Source: Bugula neritina | Lineage: Eukaryota; Animalia; Bryozoa | Length of the DNA stretch: 64,000 bases | NCBI GenBank assembly: GCA_964035545.1 | Contig: OZ037772.1 | Location: 8,363,150-8,427,149 of the forward strand | Reading direction: 5' to 3' | Notes under the pieces: model-generated | What the model was told of the DNA's origin: nothing | The model's database searches: none | The model's input: the letters and a program-made list of their open reading frames with translations, nothing else | Program-made: the position numbers and the translations under genes | Shown: one piece after another, positions 14,852 to 26,843 of the stretch | Layout: every line of letters begins with the position of its first letter | Position numbering within the stretch: the stretch's first letter is position 1

Positions 14852-17800
14852 TTACAAAAAAACAAAAATTAAAAAAATCAATTTGCGCAGATTAAAATTA
14901 AGCTCCAGACTGTGTGAACAGCAATAGAGATAGTAAGAGTGTCTATTGCACAGGGAATCCAGATGGCTAGACATTGGGGTAGACATACAGCTATACGAGG
15001 CCAACCACTGCAACCTGATATAAAGTGACAGAAAGTATTAATGTACTATTAGCCTAGGGCCACACTGTGCGTATTTTCGCATGCGAAAATTGAAATCACG
15101 AGTAGCAAAGGTGTCCACTGTAGAGTCAGTGATGCGTGATAAATAAAGCTTTCATTTTTAAATCGCACTCGCTTTTAATAAAACGCAATTTACTAGAACA
15201 TAGCACTAAACTAAAAAAATTGGGCTCGCTAAATAACTACCAGCCAATTAGGTGACGACGACAGAGACGATTCGCACTTGCGTTGAGAATGCTGAGCGAC
15301 AAGTGCGAATGTTTTCTCAACGCATACAGTGGACACCTTTGCTACTCGTGGTTTAAATGTTCGCATGCGAAAATACGCACAGTGTGGCCCTAGGCTTAGA
15401 CTCGCCTTTTGTTCTTGAGGAAAGTGCAGACACATGCCAGCTCCGCAGGAACTGTAAACTTGACGGGTGACCATTGGGCATCGGTGTGACTGCTGACGAT
15501 CCCACCCACATTCGGCAGCGCTGAGCGCTGATTAAGAGAACTTTTTAGAATTGCAAATATGTGAACAGTACCCTGCAAATACAGGGGAAAGATATGTTCT
15601 AGCGCTACAGAAAATAATCTAACCTCAATTTGAAAATACTCTGCCCATTAAATCATCAGAAAGGTAGTAATTAAAATCAATGGAGTTTTGTTAATGCTTC
15701 AAGTCGTCTAGACAATGCTTCAAGACATTTAGGCAATGCTTCAAGTTATTTTAATAAAGTTCAAGTCATGTAAACGAAGGGGTTCCGAATATTTTTTACA
15801 TCAATCGGCATTTCAATTGTCAAAACTGATCCACTTATTACGAATTATCATCTCCGTTACATTTTTATTTCAGGAACTTTTTAGAATCGCTAATATGTGA
15901 ACAGTACCCTGCAAATACATAGATAACATTCATAAGAGCAATTGCTTCTAGCATTACAGAAAACAAAACATTTTTCACTTGGTTGGAAATATAGCAACAT
16001 TACATTAGTGTTATTACAAAATATTATTCTACTTATGTTTACACAAAGAATACATGTGGAGATAAACCTTGTCGCTAGTGACACAGAGGGCGCTAGAGTC
16101 GGGACTGAAGCTAATGGAGAAGACACGGGCTGGATCCTGACCTCGTCTCAGCTCCAACAACTTCTCCTTAGTTGTTGTGTTGAAGAGTCTAATTATAGTA
16201 CCTGAGGAATTTACAACTTAGTAATGTGAAACTTAGTTGCTTAAAAAATCCTCGACACACTTCCCTTATGCAGGGTTAAAATATTCTTATATATATTATT
16301 TTTCATCTATATACTTGTATGCCTAAAAAATTTGTTTCTATAATGAATTTTGTGCGAGTATGCACTGAATTGATGTAGGATTTCTGATCGTTTGCAGATG
16401 ACATTTCCAGTCGACTTTAAATTTATAAAACTTATACTAATTATAGCTAACTTTCATCGAATGCTATTTTTAGCTGCTGCACTGCACAGTCTAATCACTG
16501 AAATAGCTTTAAAGTTCAAACTTTGAATTGGTATATATGAATATCTCAATACTGCATAAGTGAAGTGTGTCGGGGATTGTTTAAGTGAAGTTACAACATT
16601 AACAATAGATGATTACAAACTTTATAAAAATATTTAATGAGTAGAATTTTCTCCTTCATGCCCTACTGATTGTTAGCTATTGATGACTGACTAGATGCCA
16701 ACTAATGGAAGAAAAGGGACAACTTCTAAATCATTCTAATAATAATTTAATTTGTATTTATACAAAAATATCAAGTTTATCTCCAATTCATCCAGTTGCT
16801 CAAAAATTAGAAGAAAACTTATCAATAAGATGAGACCAAATTGAAACTGAAAAATAAAATCAATTTTCAGCAGCAAAAAAAGCTCAAAACATTTAGAGTT
16901 GATCAAATTTTCTCTTTACCATATTGACAAGATTTTTCCTACCATTTCAAACTGTTTCGCACAATACTATAACACAGTAAAGATTAAATCGACAATGACT
17001 CATTCAATTAGTCATTGAAACCAGCTAGTCGTAGCTTGTAAAACTAACCATGTTCAGATGCTGTCGCGACCTTTGACCCATCAGAGTTCAAGGCTATACA
17101 TGTGACTTCATGCTTATGGGCTGGTATAATGTTAGGAGACACTTGAGTATGCTCACTATGGCCAAGGTCAACTATCTACAGCACGTCATATGGTATACGT
17201 AATCATATACATTCATATGGGGTGTCATTTCTTGTATATAAATGAATGCTTTATTATCAACAAAAACAAACATCAACGAGAGCTCATATAAGTTGTCTTT
17301 AGCAATATATATAATAAGTCATTGACCTATATAGTAAAGGCCATTGACCTATATAATAAAGGTCATTGACCTATATAATGAAGGCAATTGGCCTATATAA
17401 TGAAGACCATTGACCTATATAAATAAGTCATTGACCTATATAATAAAGGCCATTGACCTATATAAATAAAGGTCATTGACACAATGTCCCTGGAAATTAA
17501 GCTTTATCCTGTTTATTATTCAATTTCGCTGTTTATAGCATCTTTAATTTGATTAAAATTGAGTTTTCAGACATACCTGTACAGACCCTACTTTCCCTAG
17601 ACCGAGAAAAGCCATCTTCTGAGCACTAAGACTAGAGTTCACGGCAATCACCCCCTTGTCACCACTCCGAGCTTCATACTCGTAGACGGATTCTAATTCG
17701 GGAATAAACGACCATATATGTATCTTAGTCTTCCTCACAACAATCAACTTATCACCTAAAAATCTAAAAACAGACAATTGGATAATTAAAAATGAACAAA

Positions 17801-18892
17801 TTAAGATAAAAGCTCCTTTGTAAATCTATTATAATGGTGGTGGGTGACGCGAATGACTCACTGAACTTACTATGGATTTTGTTGACTATTAAATATGAAA
17901 ACTGCCATTCTTGACTACCAACAAACTATCTAGAAAAACATTTGAACTCACATATAACGAGTTGAAACTTTTCCTAAAGCAAATGTTAAAATGCTTAACA
18001 TTTCTACAGGAAATGCGGTGGGTCTAAGGGTTAAAGCGTCTGCTTAGTAAACGCAAAGTCATGGGTTCGAGCCTCAGTAAAGGCCATTGCAAATGTTAAG
18101 AAGAGCATCCAGTCATAATTGCTCCTGTGCCACATATGAAAAAGTCCCAGCCCGCTTAAAAAATCTTTTACGATCAGGGGTTTCTCACGGAGATGATGAT
18201 TTTAAACTTGTGTGAGTTTATAACAGAAAATGCAAATAAAGAATAGTGACATAGCTTACTTCAGGTTAGTAATGACATCTCCGTTATAACAAACAACTCT
18301 CCGGACCTTCTGGGACTCGGCATCCCATAGCATAAAGCTGTCTGCGGAATTCTCACACACTATAACAATTAAGTTGCTGTTCTTGGATATTTCCGCCAAC
18401 AGCACATTACCAGCACCTGCGGAGGAAACAATACTCTTATTAAAAAACTGAAATAAACTATTCCAGTAAGTAGAATTTACATTCTTTTAACTGCAGAAAT
18501 CCTGTTCTTAATTAAAAGCATCTTCACACGCTCAAAAAGCTTTAAACGACATAAGTATGTTGTAGTTTGATGACTACATTTGCAAAAAAAATGTCAAAAT
18601 TAAAACGAGAATAATTGAATACAATAATACCTTATGTGATTTTAAGGCGGCATTTCAAACTAGAAAAATTTCATATTTATAAACTTAGAACTCAACACAA
18701 ATGCTTGTTGTGGCTCAATTTGTAAATAAACAAAAAACTTGTCCGATTAGTTTATAACATACCAATGTGCTGAGTGGTCACATGACACATCTGCATAAGA
18801 GGATCTATATAGAACACTCGGAATCCATCACTCCCTGATGTCATGAAAATAGTAGACTCACGGTTGAATCTCACTTCATTTAATCTACTCAT
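14852..18892 (-). CDS. WDR45: WD-repeat PROPPIN, WIPI4/WDR45-like (Atg18 family), ~354 aa
   Basis: Exons 18892-18763 (MSRLNEVRFN..GFRVFYIDPLM), 18416-18260, 17763-17577, 17175-17049 (IPAHKHEVTCIALNSDGSKVATASEH), 16201-16068 (GTIIRLF..ELRRGQDPA..SDK), 15572-15406 (GTVHIF..LNQRSAL..QWSPVKFTVPAELACVCTF), then a probable GC-AG intron to last exon 15014-14852. LRRG marks WIPI3/4; the C-terminal LN.RSAL/FTVPAE.AC.C.F favours WIPI4. The last exon is less certain. Confidence 0.88.
15052..15395. mobile_element. MITE, PIF/Harbinger-like (TTA target duplication)
   Basis: ~71-bp TIRs GCCTAGGGCCACACTGTGCGTATTTTCGCATGCGAA.. with about 3 mismatches; TTA at 15049-15051 and 15396-15398. Confidence 0.85.
17315..17480. 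repeat. Minisatellite, ~22-bp unit GTCATTGACCTATATAATAAAG
   Basis: Direct tandem repeat in a WDR45 intron. Confidence 0.9.
18009..18220 (+). mobile_element. tRNA-derived SINE family 1
   Basis: Homologous head, core and tail to the other family-1 copies. Confidence 0.85.
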
Positions 18893-20390
18893 CCTAACAA
18901 TTGAAGCCAAAATGCAAAGATATAGCTCATGGCATACAGTAGTTCCTAGTATTTCTTGTTTCATTATTGAATGATATATGCTGAAGTCCAGTAGATTTCT
19001 TTTATCATAGTTATATTCTTAATTGAAGATGTAAAAAATGTATGCCATTAATGCATTAACCTAGTTGATTCAAACCTAGCTGGAATCAAATCCTTGAAGT
19101 TAAGATTAACCATGCTTTTTATTCTTATTAAAAAAATTAAATATAATCTTACAGTAAAATGGTTACTTTGTTTTACTTTTAAAAATAGTTGTAAAAATTA
19201 AAATTAAACTTGGGTAATTCTATTGTTTGTTGATTGCTATTCTTATTTATCAAGCAACTTCAACTTAATGAACAAATCTGGTTGTAATTAAACATGTCAA
19301 AAGTAACTACCTAATTAATATAAAATGTAGGTTTTGTATCTGTAATAACTATGATCTATACCACAATTCCTATTTATTATGCTTTTAAATAACCTAAACA
19401 AATACTAGTGATAACTAATTAAGTTATCTGACAAGTGCATTAAATGCTTAGAGAATTATACAAGCTGCTAGCTTTTCCCCTGCAGTCAGTCCTACATACA
19501 AATTTATATACAAAATAGTATATCACTTTTATATTTGAATAATCATAATCAAAATGATAATATTTACAGCACCCATTTAAATTACCACTCAACAACTGGT
19601 AGCTCAAATATTACATTTTCTTAAAGTAATAAAATAAAATAGATCAAAACATGATTATCAAATCTAAAAGTAATATGGTTTTACAAATTATTAAAATGCT
19701 TATTTATAGTGTGGGGGTTTTTATTTACAACCAGTAACCAATTTGATGAACTTAAAGCTATTTATTATACATCAATCATCATGAAAATTATCTATAATTT
19801 ACATTTGACTTTGAACTTGAAAAAAAAGGACAAGGTGCAGGTGTATCAATAGAAACAAGACACTATTACAAGGTTTCAGAAGAGGTAAACTATTTACATA
19901 GCTTGATCCCATCAGATTGATCTTAAAATTAGCATTCACTTGACTTGTTTTAATTTTGCAATTTTAACTGCAGCTTGCACCTTGTTTTTGATTGAACTTT
20001 TGAACCTTTTAGTTGAACTTGAAGACCAAGATGAACAGTGAACTCAATCAACCAATGATGACCACTGTAAATATAATTAGTACTGAGAAAATTTAAACAA
20101 TTATTTCCATTTTATCAATATTACATATAATTCATTAATTATTTCCAATTTGAAATATTTTTATCAAATTCAATTTAATGACTTACCACGATTCAACTAG
20201 AGTATATACATAACAAAACTGCAAAAACTAATACTGAATACACACAATTACTTAGTGATAGTGATACTCATACTGACACCCATAGCCGCATCAATACAGT
20301 GACAGCATAACTTAGGTTGAATGTATCATTTTTAGTATGAATTAACAGTTACTATTTAATTCTATACTTATACTTATAGTTTAGTAATAG

Positions 20391-20920
20391 TGTGGTGAAT
20401 ATTAAGAGTTATCCCCCTTGACACATTACTTATGGCTATTTTTCTAAATACTGTAGTTATAGCTAAGTCTGTGGCGTAACTTTCTAATACCTTAAATACC
20501 ATGGCTATTGTTAAGCTTTTAGCATAGTAAATAGTTAATCCCTTTTCCCCAATTACAAGTTACAATACCCATACACTTGGTTGGGTTCATTTTTGTTGAT
20601 TCATGTAAACCGACAGTTGGACCCAGTTCGGCAGGTAGATGCCGACATTGGGTGTGTCGGTTACCAACATGACGAATGTCGCCCGCTGTCGGTGGAAGGT
20701 TCTAGAAGTCCTTTGTTCGACTAGTATAAAAGAACACGAATTTTCGAGCTTCAGTCACTTGAGGACTGGAGCTCACACTGGATGTATCTATGCCACAATA
20801 AAGTACTGCACACACGCACGCGCGCACACACACACGGATTCTACTCTCTCTCTTGTCTCTTCTATAACAAGGAGTTATGTTCTCTGCCTGATTTCATTCT
20901 ATAACCCACAAACTACTACA
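20391..20920 (+). mobile_element. Probable solo LTR (530 bp)
   Basis: Begins TGTGG, ends CTACA, flanked by a 4-bp direct repeat ATAG (20387-20390 / 20921-20924). Internal TATAAAA (20725) is followed by AATAAA (20797). Higher GC than its flanks; unrelated to the Gypsy LTRs below. Confidence 0.6.
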
Positions 20921-22343
20921 ATAGTGATAGTATTACTATTGTCTATTAGTATTAGTATAACTAAGTTATCCTAATACTAATAGTAATAGACAATTGTGAT
21001 ACTAATACTATTAATAAACTAAAACTATAAGTAGTATAAGTAAAAAATCAAATAGCTTGTAACTGCAAGTTGTGAGCAATCCCCAACCAGCAAAGCCGAA
21101 GAATAACATCAGGCATCAGCGATTACAATAACAATATGAATCACTATAAAAAAAGAGTATATACGTATTATCATTATGTATATGCATATATCGAGCTCCC
21201 ATGCATTCACCCTCCAGGGGTTCTTAGTGGGAAACTCCCCCAAACTGAACTGAACTATAAGCAAAATATAACTATTTATATAAGTATAAATATAAGATTA
21301 AGTGTAACACTAACAGTAACACTAATTGTAAGCATAATCATATTGAATATTGAATTTGATATTCATTTTCATATCAATATCGATATGCAATACATTATCA
21401 TTATCATTATGATTATACAAAGAGTAAAAGTAAAACCAATACTGCAATAGCATTAAATAGATTAACTAATAGTAATACTAATACTATTAGTATTACTATT
21501 AGTATTAGCATTACTATACGTATAGTTGTGGGCTTGTAGTTATAAAACTAAACAGTACTACAAACTTTTAACCTTAGGTATTACTTTAAATATTCACTTT
21601 AACTTTAACGTCAACACTATCAGTATCACTATGAACTTGAAGTTGAACATGATCATGATGATGATTGAAAAATACGGTAATCTAAATGAACTTAAATCTG
21701 AAATGGAAAGCATTCTGATGTGTATTACAGAAATAAATTTGCTAGGTAATTATATATCCAAATAAGACTACATAATTTTATCCTAGTTATGACTAAACTT
21801 TAGCTTATTCATTCTGATTTGAAATATGGCAATCGTAAACTCTGAAACTAGAATGCAACTAGAATTTAGTAGGTAAACGTGAACGAAAGTTGCTGAAAGC
21901 AGCACCGTCTTGGTAGTCGCTGAGTGCATTGGTTAGCATCTATTATTAAGCGTGAGGGTTTGGCATTTGGACATGATTGTCTAAACAAATTTTGCACCCG
22001 GTCACCTCTACCTTGGAGCTGCTTCTAGTAACATTTGTAAAATGTAGCCAAGTTTCTCTAACTAATGCCAGTAAGCTATCGTTAAATCTGTTTGACATGA
22101 TTCTGGAGCATTTGAGTTACTAGGCTACACTTTATTTTCTTTTCATTTCTAAATCTATAATTATGTTGGATTTTGGATTTATAATATTTATAAAAATAAC
22201 TGTTGTACAGAAAGCAATTATACTCTAGATTGTATTCTTTTTATACATTCGAAAATAATAACCTTTCATCTCCGCCTGCAAATAGAGGTATTTTCTTTTT
22301 TTTCGTGTATTATATTTTTATCAAATAAAGAGTTCATCATCAT

Positions 22344-22575
22344 TGTTTTATGTTGATTTGTGATATTATTTCAGCTATCGTGAAAAGACAGAACGTGCTC
22401 GAGTTAGTTGATAAACGTAAGAGGCCGAAGCCGTGATTTATTACCACAATATATATACACGAAAATACTAAAACTATTACAATAAGTGATACAATTAATT
22501 ATTAAGATTATGACAAAAAATAGTAAAATAATAAAATAACAAATTAGAAATAAATGTTTACATGAACACCGAACA
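22344..22575 (-). repeat. 3' LTR of the Gypsy element
   Basis: Identical to 26612-26843. Confidence 0.97.
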
Positions 22576-22616
22576 TCTCCCACAGAATAGAAAAAAGCTA
22601 TTTAGATATGATTGTT

Positions 22617-25600
22617 TTAAGAGGGCACATAGTCTGCCATCCAACTAGGTGGCTTCCGTTCTCTGGTTGAACGTCTTAGATTGTCGCTATGATTGGCGCT
22701 CTCGGTGGTGTCAACCTGGGTACTACTAGCGTTTTGTTTAGGATCCTTTGGTGTCTCAGGACTCGCTGGCTCCGTGACGAGTGGTCTGATGTCTCGCCGG
22801 TTTCTCCGAAAGAGGTTGTTGTTAAGTTGTATGGCATAGGCTCTGCTACTCAATTGTTTGTTAATTTGCGCCTCCTGCCATTTTCTCCGGTGCTGACTCC
22901 AGTCTCGAACCAAAACTGGTTGCCCTTCTTTCAGCACTGCCAAATCTCTTGCACCGTCATTGCATCTCTGCTGCAGTTTTTCATTGCGGCCCTGCTTTTC
23001 CCACCAACCTTGGTTGTTCTCTGTTTCTGGCCGAACTTGTGGGAGTACTGACCTGGTGGGTCTTCCGATAAGTTGCTGAATTGGGCTGGCCGTCAGGCCT
23101 TCTTTGGTGGTGTTGAGATGTTCCAGTAACGCAAGTTCGGGCTCTTCACATCTGCGGAGTATACGTTTGGCTATCTTCACAGCAGACTCTGCCTTCCCAT
23201 TGGACTGAGGATGATATGGAGAGCTGGTGGTGTGTGTGAAATTCCATGATTGGCTGAAAGTGGAAAACTGGTGCGAGGTAAACTGTGGTCCGTTGTCAGT
23301 GTGAACCTGTCTGGGTATTCCCAGGCGTCCAAAACAGCGCTTTATGGAGTTGATAACAGCCTCTGCTGTTTGGTTGTCCAGTCGGTCATATTCAAGGTAG
23401 TCAGTCGTATAGTCAACAATAGTAATGTAGTGAGTGTGATTGTATTCAAACAAGTCAATTCCTACTTTGGTCCAGGGTTGTTGGGGAACTGTGTGGAGTA
23501 AAAGTGTTTCCTTCTGTTGCCGGGGAGCATCCAGTTGACATTGTCGACAGTTAGCAATATTGTTTTTGATGTCATTGGTGATGCCAAGCCAAAACACTGT
23601 GTGGCGGGCACGTCTTAGTGTGGAGTTAATCCCATTATGGCCGGTGTGAAGTAGTTGGAGAAACTTTCTCTGGAGTGTCTTTGGAATAATGGCTCGTAGT
23701 CCTTTGTAAACAATGCCATTGTCAATAGATAGTTCGTCCTGAAAGTGTTTGTACTTGTCGTGAGTTGTGCAGTTGGCAATGTTCCAGTCATGTTTAATAA
23801 GGTTTGTCAGTGTCATAAGTTCATTGTCCTGTGCAGTAGCAGTCCTAATGTTGTCAATTAAGTCGTCACAAACAGGAGCATCATTATTTTGAGAGTCAAT
23901 GTGAAAAATGTGTTCTGGTAGTTGTTGATAGTTGGGGGAGTCAAAGTATGAGTCTCTTGAGAGTAAGTCAGCCGTGATCTGTTCAGCACCCTTTTGCCAA
24001 GTTACCTTAATGTTGGGGTATCTTTGTAAGTGAAGAAGCATAGCCTGCAACCTCCGAGATGCCTTATGAATGGATTTCCTGAAAATAGATACAAGGGGTT
24101 TGTGGTCAGTTTGGATAGTGACAGCATGGTGACCAAAGATATACTGGTCAAAGCGTTCAGTGCCAAACACTATGGCAAGGCACTCAAGCTCTAGTGGCAC
24201 ATAGTTCTGTTCCGATTTTGTTAAACTGCGAGATGCATATGCTACAGGCTTGCCTCCTTGCATGAGTGTTGCACCCACACCAGCATTTGAAGCGTCAGTT
24301 TGTATAGTTACTGGCTTGTTGCAGTCAAAGTATTGTAGAGTTTCTGAGTCAGTTAGTAAGGTCTTCAGTCTATTAAAAGCGTTCATTTGGTCGTCAGTCC
24401 AGTGAAAGTCTTGAGCATTGTCTTGTGTCAGTAAACGTCGTAATGGTTCAGATTCCGATGCTAGGTTGCTAATAAATTTTGACATGTATGTGATGTGACC
24501 AAGGAATCGTTTTACTCCCTGTGGAGATGAGGGAGGTTTCATCTTAAGAATGGCTTTTACTTTGTTAGGATCTGGTTTAAGTCCATTAGTTGTCAGTATG
24601 TGTCCAATGTAAGGTAGTTCGTCCTGAAGGAAGCGGGATTTTTCCTTGTTCAGTCTCAGTCCTGTCTGTCGAGCACGTTTGAAGAGCGCTTCAAGGTTTC
24701 TATCATGCTCTTTCCTTGTGCTTCCAAAAATTAGGATGTCATCTGCAACTATGGTGATGCCATCAAGACCAGCAAGATTTTCCGTGAGCCTTCTCTGAAA
24801 CTCCTCCGGCGCTGATGCAATTCCAAAGGGTAGCCTTAGGTACTTGTACTTTCCTATGGGAGTCCAGAAAGTTGTCAAGTCTGTAGATTCCTCAGCTAGG
24901 GGAATTTGATAGAAACCTTCTTTGGCGTCACACAAGGAGAAAAACTTGGCACCGTTGAGTTGTGGCAAAACATCTTCCAATGTTGGCATGACAGCGTGGT
25001 TTCGTTTAATTGCTTGATTGAGATTTTGCGGATCTATGCAGATGCGTATCTTTCCATTAGGCTTGCGCACTGGTTGTAGATGGCTTATCCAGTCTGTAGG
25101 TGCTTCTACCTTAGCGATAATTTGACGTTGTTCTAGTTCAAGAATAGTCTTGATGAGATCTGATTTCATCGACAAGGGCACCTTCCGCGGTCGGACTTGC
25201 ACTGGTACCGCTTCAGGTCTTAGCTCTATCCTATATTCCTGTTCAAACTTTCCAAGTCCGGTAAATATGTCATCAAAGTTAGTCAGTAAAGTCTGAAGGT
25301 CTGGGTCAGTAGTGGCAAAGTTTACATTCTCGCTTTTGGTGCTGGGCATTTGTAATAAATCCAGGTGCAAACATGATTTCCATGACAGCAAGCTATGTTG
25401 GGTGGTTTCCACAACTAGGAATTTTAATGTAGTGTAACATCCTTGCTTGTTTAGTATCTGTATCCGTGTCCACCCTAGTGGTGCACACTTGCTCTGGTCA
25501 TATAAAGTTAGTACAGTATCAGTCGGTGTAAGTTTCGGTCTACCTAGCTTGTCGTAGTCGATCGTATTCAAAGTATTGCATGATGCACCAGTGTCAAGTT

Positions 25601-26567
25601 GGAATTCAATGTCATAAATAGTATCTGCTTGCTTAGCAGTGAGCATCGCTAATAATTTACGATCTCGTACAGTAGTGGAGATAGTACTTACATGTTGAGA
25701 GTCACTGTCTGAAGAGTAATTCCAGGTGACTTGATTGGCTGTTTCGGTTGAGTCGCGATAATGATGCATGCGTGACCTGCAGTATGCAGCAAAGTGGTTA
25801 AATTTCTTGCAATGATTGCACTGTTTCCCATATGCTGGGCATGCTCGAGGTGGGTGATTGCCTCCACAGTTTCCACACCTAGAAGCACCAACTGATTTTC
25901 TGACGTTGGGCTGAGAGTGAGTGTGTGAAAGTTGTCCTCTGTGTTTATCAGTGTTACGAGTGTCATTAGAGTGATATTGATGAGTCGGAGGTCTATGTTT
26001 TACCAAGTTCACTTGTTCGAGTCCATATGTGTTATCCTTAGTCATAGTCTTGTAGTCAATAGCCGATGCTTCTTCTCGTCTGCAGAGTTCAATTGCTTTG
26101 TCAAAGTCAGTCAAGTCAAACAGTTTCTTTCTAATCTTGTCACTTTCAATTCCCAGTATCAGTGCCTGTAGTATCAGTCGGTTGTACATGTCTTTTAAGT
26201 CACATAGTCCTGCAATGGTATGTAGTTCAGTCAAAAATTCGTCAATAGTTCTATTTCCTTGCTTACAAGTCAGTAGTGAGTGAGTCTTAGCCACTAAGTT
26301 TATTCTTGGTTTGCAGTAGTCATCAAACTGCGTCACAACTTTGTCATAGTCAGTTTTGTCATTGTTGTCAGTCCAGTTGAAAGAGTCGTATATTTGGTTG
26401 CCTCGGCGACCGATAGTTCTAAGTAGGTATGCAGTTTTCACTTTGCCTTCGGCTGTATCTTTCGATGTGGCCGTTAAAAAAAGTTCGAAGTCACGTTTAA
26501 AAATCTTCCATTCCTCAGGTAAATTCGGTCCATCTGCTAATGGTTTTGGCGCTAGTAATTGCTCCAT
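22617..26567 (-). CDS. Gag-Pol polyprotein (1316 aa): gag with 2 CCHC knuckles, aspartic protease, RT, RNase H, integrase
   Basis: CGNCGGNHPPRAC and CNHCKKFNHFAAYC knuckles; LDTGA protease; RLPFG and VADD RT motifs; TDAS..ELE..TDH RNase H; H-H-C-C zinc finger and D,D(35)E integrase (IDLF, TDNG, KAES); domain order PR-RT-RH-IN is Gypsy type. Confidence 0.98.
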   Translation of the reverse strand: MEQLLAPKPLADGPNLPEEWKIFKRDFELFLTATSKDTAEGKVKTAYLLRTIGRRGNQIYDSFNWTDNNDKTDYDKVVTQFDDYCKPRINLVAKTHSLLTCKQGNRTIDEFLTELHTIAGLCDLKDMYNRLILQALILGIESDKIRKKLFDLTDFDKAIELCRREEASAIDYKTMTKDNTYGLEQVNLVKHRPPTHQYHSNDTRNTDKHRGQLSHTHSQPNVRKSVGASRCGNCGGNHPPRACPAYGKQCNHCKKFNHFAAYCRSRMHHYRDSTETANQVTWNYSSDSDSQHVSTISTTVRDRKLLAMLTAKQADTIYDIEFQLDTGASCNTLNTIDYDKLGRPKLTPTDTVLTLYDQSKCAPLGWTRIQILNKQGCYTTLKFLVVETTQHSLLSWKSCLHLDLLQMPSTKSENVNFATTDPDLQTLLTNFDDIFTGLGKFEQEYRIELRPEAVPVQVRPRKVPLSMKSDLIKTILELEQRQIIAKVEAPTDWISHLQPVRKPNGKIRICIDPQNLNQAIKRNHAVMPTLEDVLPQLNGAKFFSLCDAKEGFYQIPLAEESTDLTTFWTPIGKYKYLRLPFGIASAPEEFQRRLTENLAGLDGITIVADDILIFGSTRKEHDRNLEALFKRARQTGLRLNKEKSRFLQDELPYIGHILTTNGLKPDPNKVKAILKMKPPSSPQGVKRFLGHITYMSKFISNLASESEPLRRLLTQDNAQDFHWTDDQMNAFNRLKTLLTDSETLQYFDCNKPVTIQTDASNAGVGATLMQGGKPVAYASRSLTKSEQNYVPLELECLAIVFGTERFDQYIFGHHAVTIQTDHKPLVSIFRKSIHKASRRLQAMLLHLQRYPNIKVTWQKGAEQITADLLSRDSYFDSPNYQQLPEHIFHIDSQNNDAPVCDDLIDNIRTATAQDNELMTLTNLIKHDWNIANCTTHDKYKHFQDELSIDNGIVYKGLRAIIPKTLQRKFLQLLHTGHNGINSTLRRARHTVFWLGITNDIKNNIANCRQCQLDAPRQQKETLLLHTVPQQPWTKVGIDLFEYNHTHYITIVDYTTDYLEYDRLDNQTAEAVINSIKRCFGRLGIPRQVHTDNGPQFTSHQFSTFSQSWNFTHTTSSPYHPQSNGKAESAVKIAKRILRRCEEPELALLEHLNTTKEGLTASPIQQLIGRPTRSVLPQVRPETENNQGWWEKQGRNEKLQQRCNDGARDLAVLKEGQPVLVRDWSQHRRKWQEAQINKQLSSRAYAIQLNNNLFRRNRRDIRPLVTEPASPETPKDPKQNASSTQVDTTESANHSDNLRRSTRERKPPSWMADYVPS

Positions 26568-26601
26568 GTTATTTCAGTGTAATATTAATAATAATTAGAC
26601 T

Positions 26602-26611
26602 CGGGGCACCA
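26602..26611 (-). promoter_or_regulatory. Primer-binding site TGGTGCCCCG
   Basis: Abuts the 5' LTR and is complementary to a tRNA 3' end ...CGGGGCACCA (resembles elongator tRNA-Met; identity inferred). Confidence 0.75.
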
Positions 26612-26843
26612 TGTTTTATGTTGATTTGTGATATTATTTCAGCTATCGTGAAAAGACAGAACGTGCTCGAGTTAGTTGATAAACGTAAGAGGCCGAAGCC
26701 GTGATTTATTACCACAATATATATACACGAAAATACTAAAACTATTACAATAAGTGATACAATTAATTATTAAGATTATGACAAAAAATAGTAAAATAAT
26801 AAAATAACAAATTAGAAATAAATGTTTACATGAACACCGAACA
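26612..26843 (-). repeat. 5' LTR of the Gypsy element
   Basis: Identical to 22344-22575. Confidence 0.97.

Larger units (their letters stand above)
22344..26843 (-). mobile_element. Full-length Ty3/Gypsy LTR retrotransposon (Mag-like), 4500 bp
   Basis: Two 232-bp LTRs (22344-22575, 26612-26843), identical by eye, TG..CA ends; 5-bp TSD ATCAT; PBS TGGTGCCCCG directly after the 5' LTR; short purine-rich tract GTGGGAGA before the 3' LTR; single gag-pol ORF. Confidence 0.98.

Noticed and set aside
22689-26598. Short plus-strand and alternate-frame ORFs within the Gypsy element
   Set aside because: Shadow ORFs of gag-pol with no motifs
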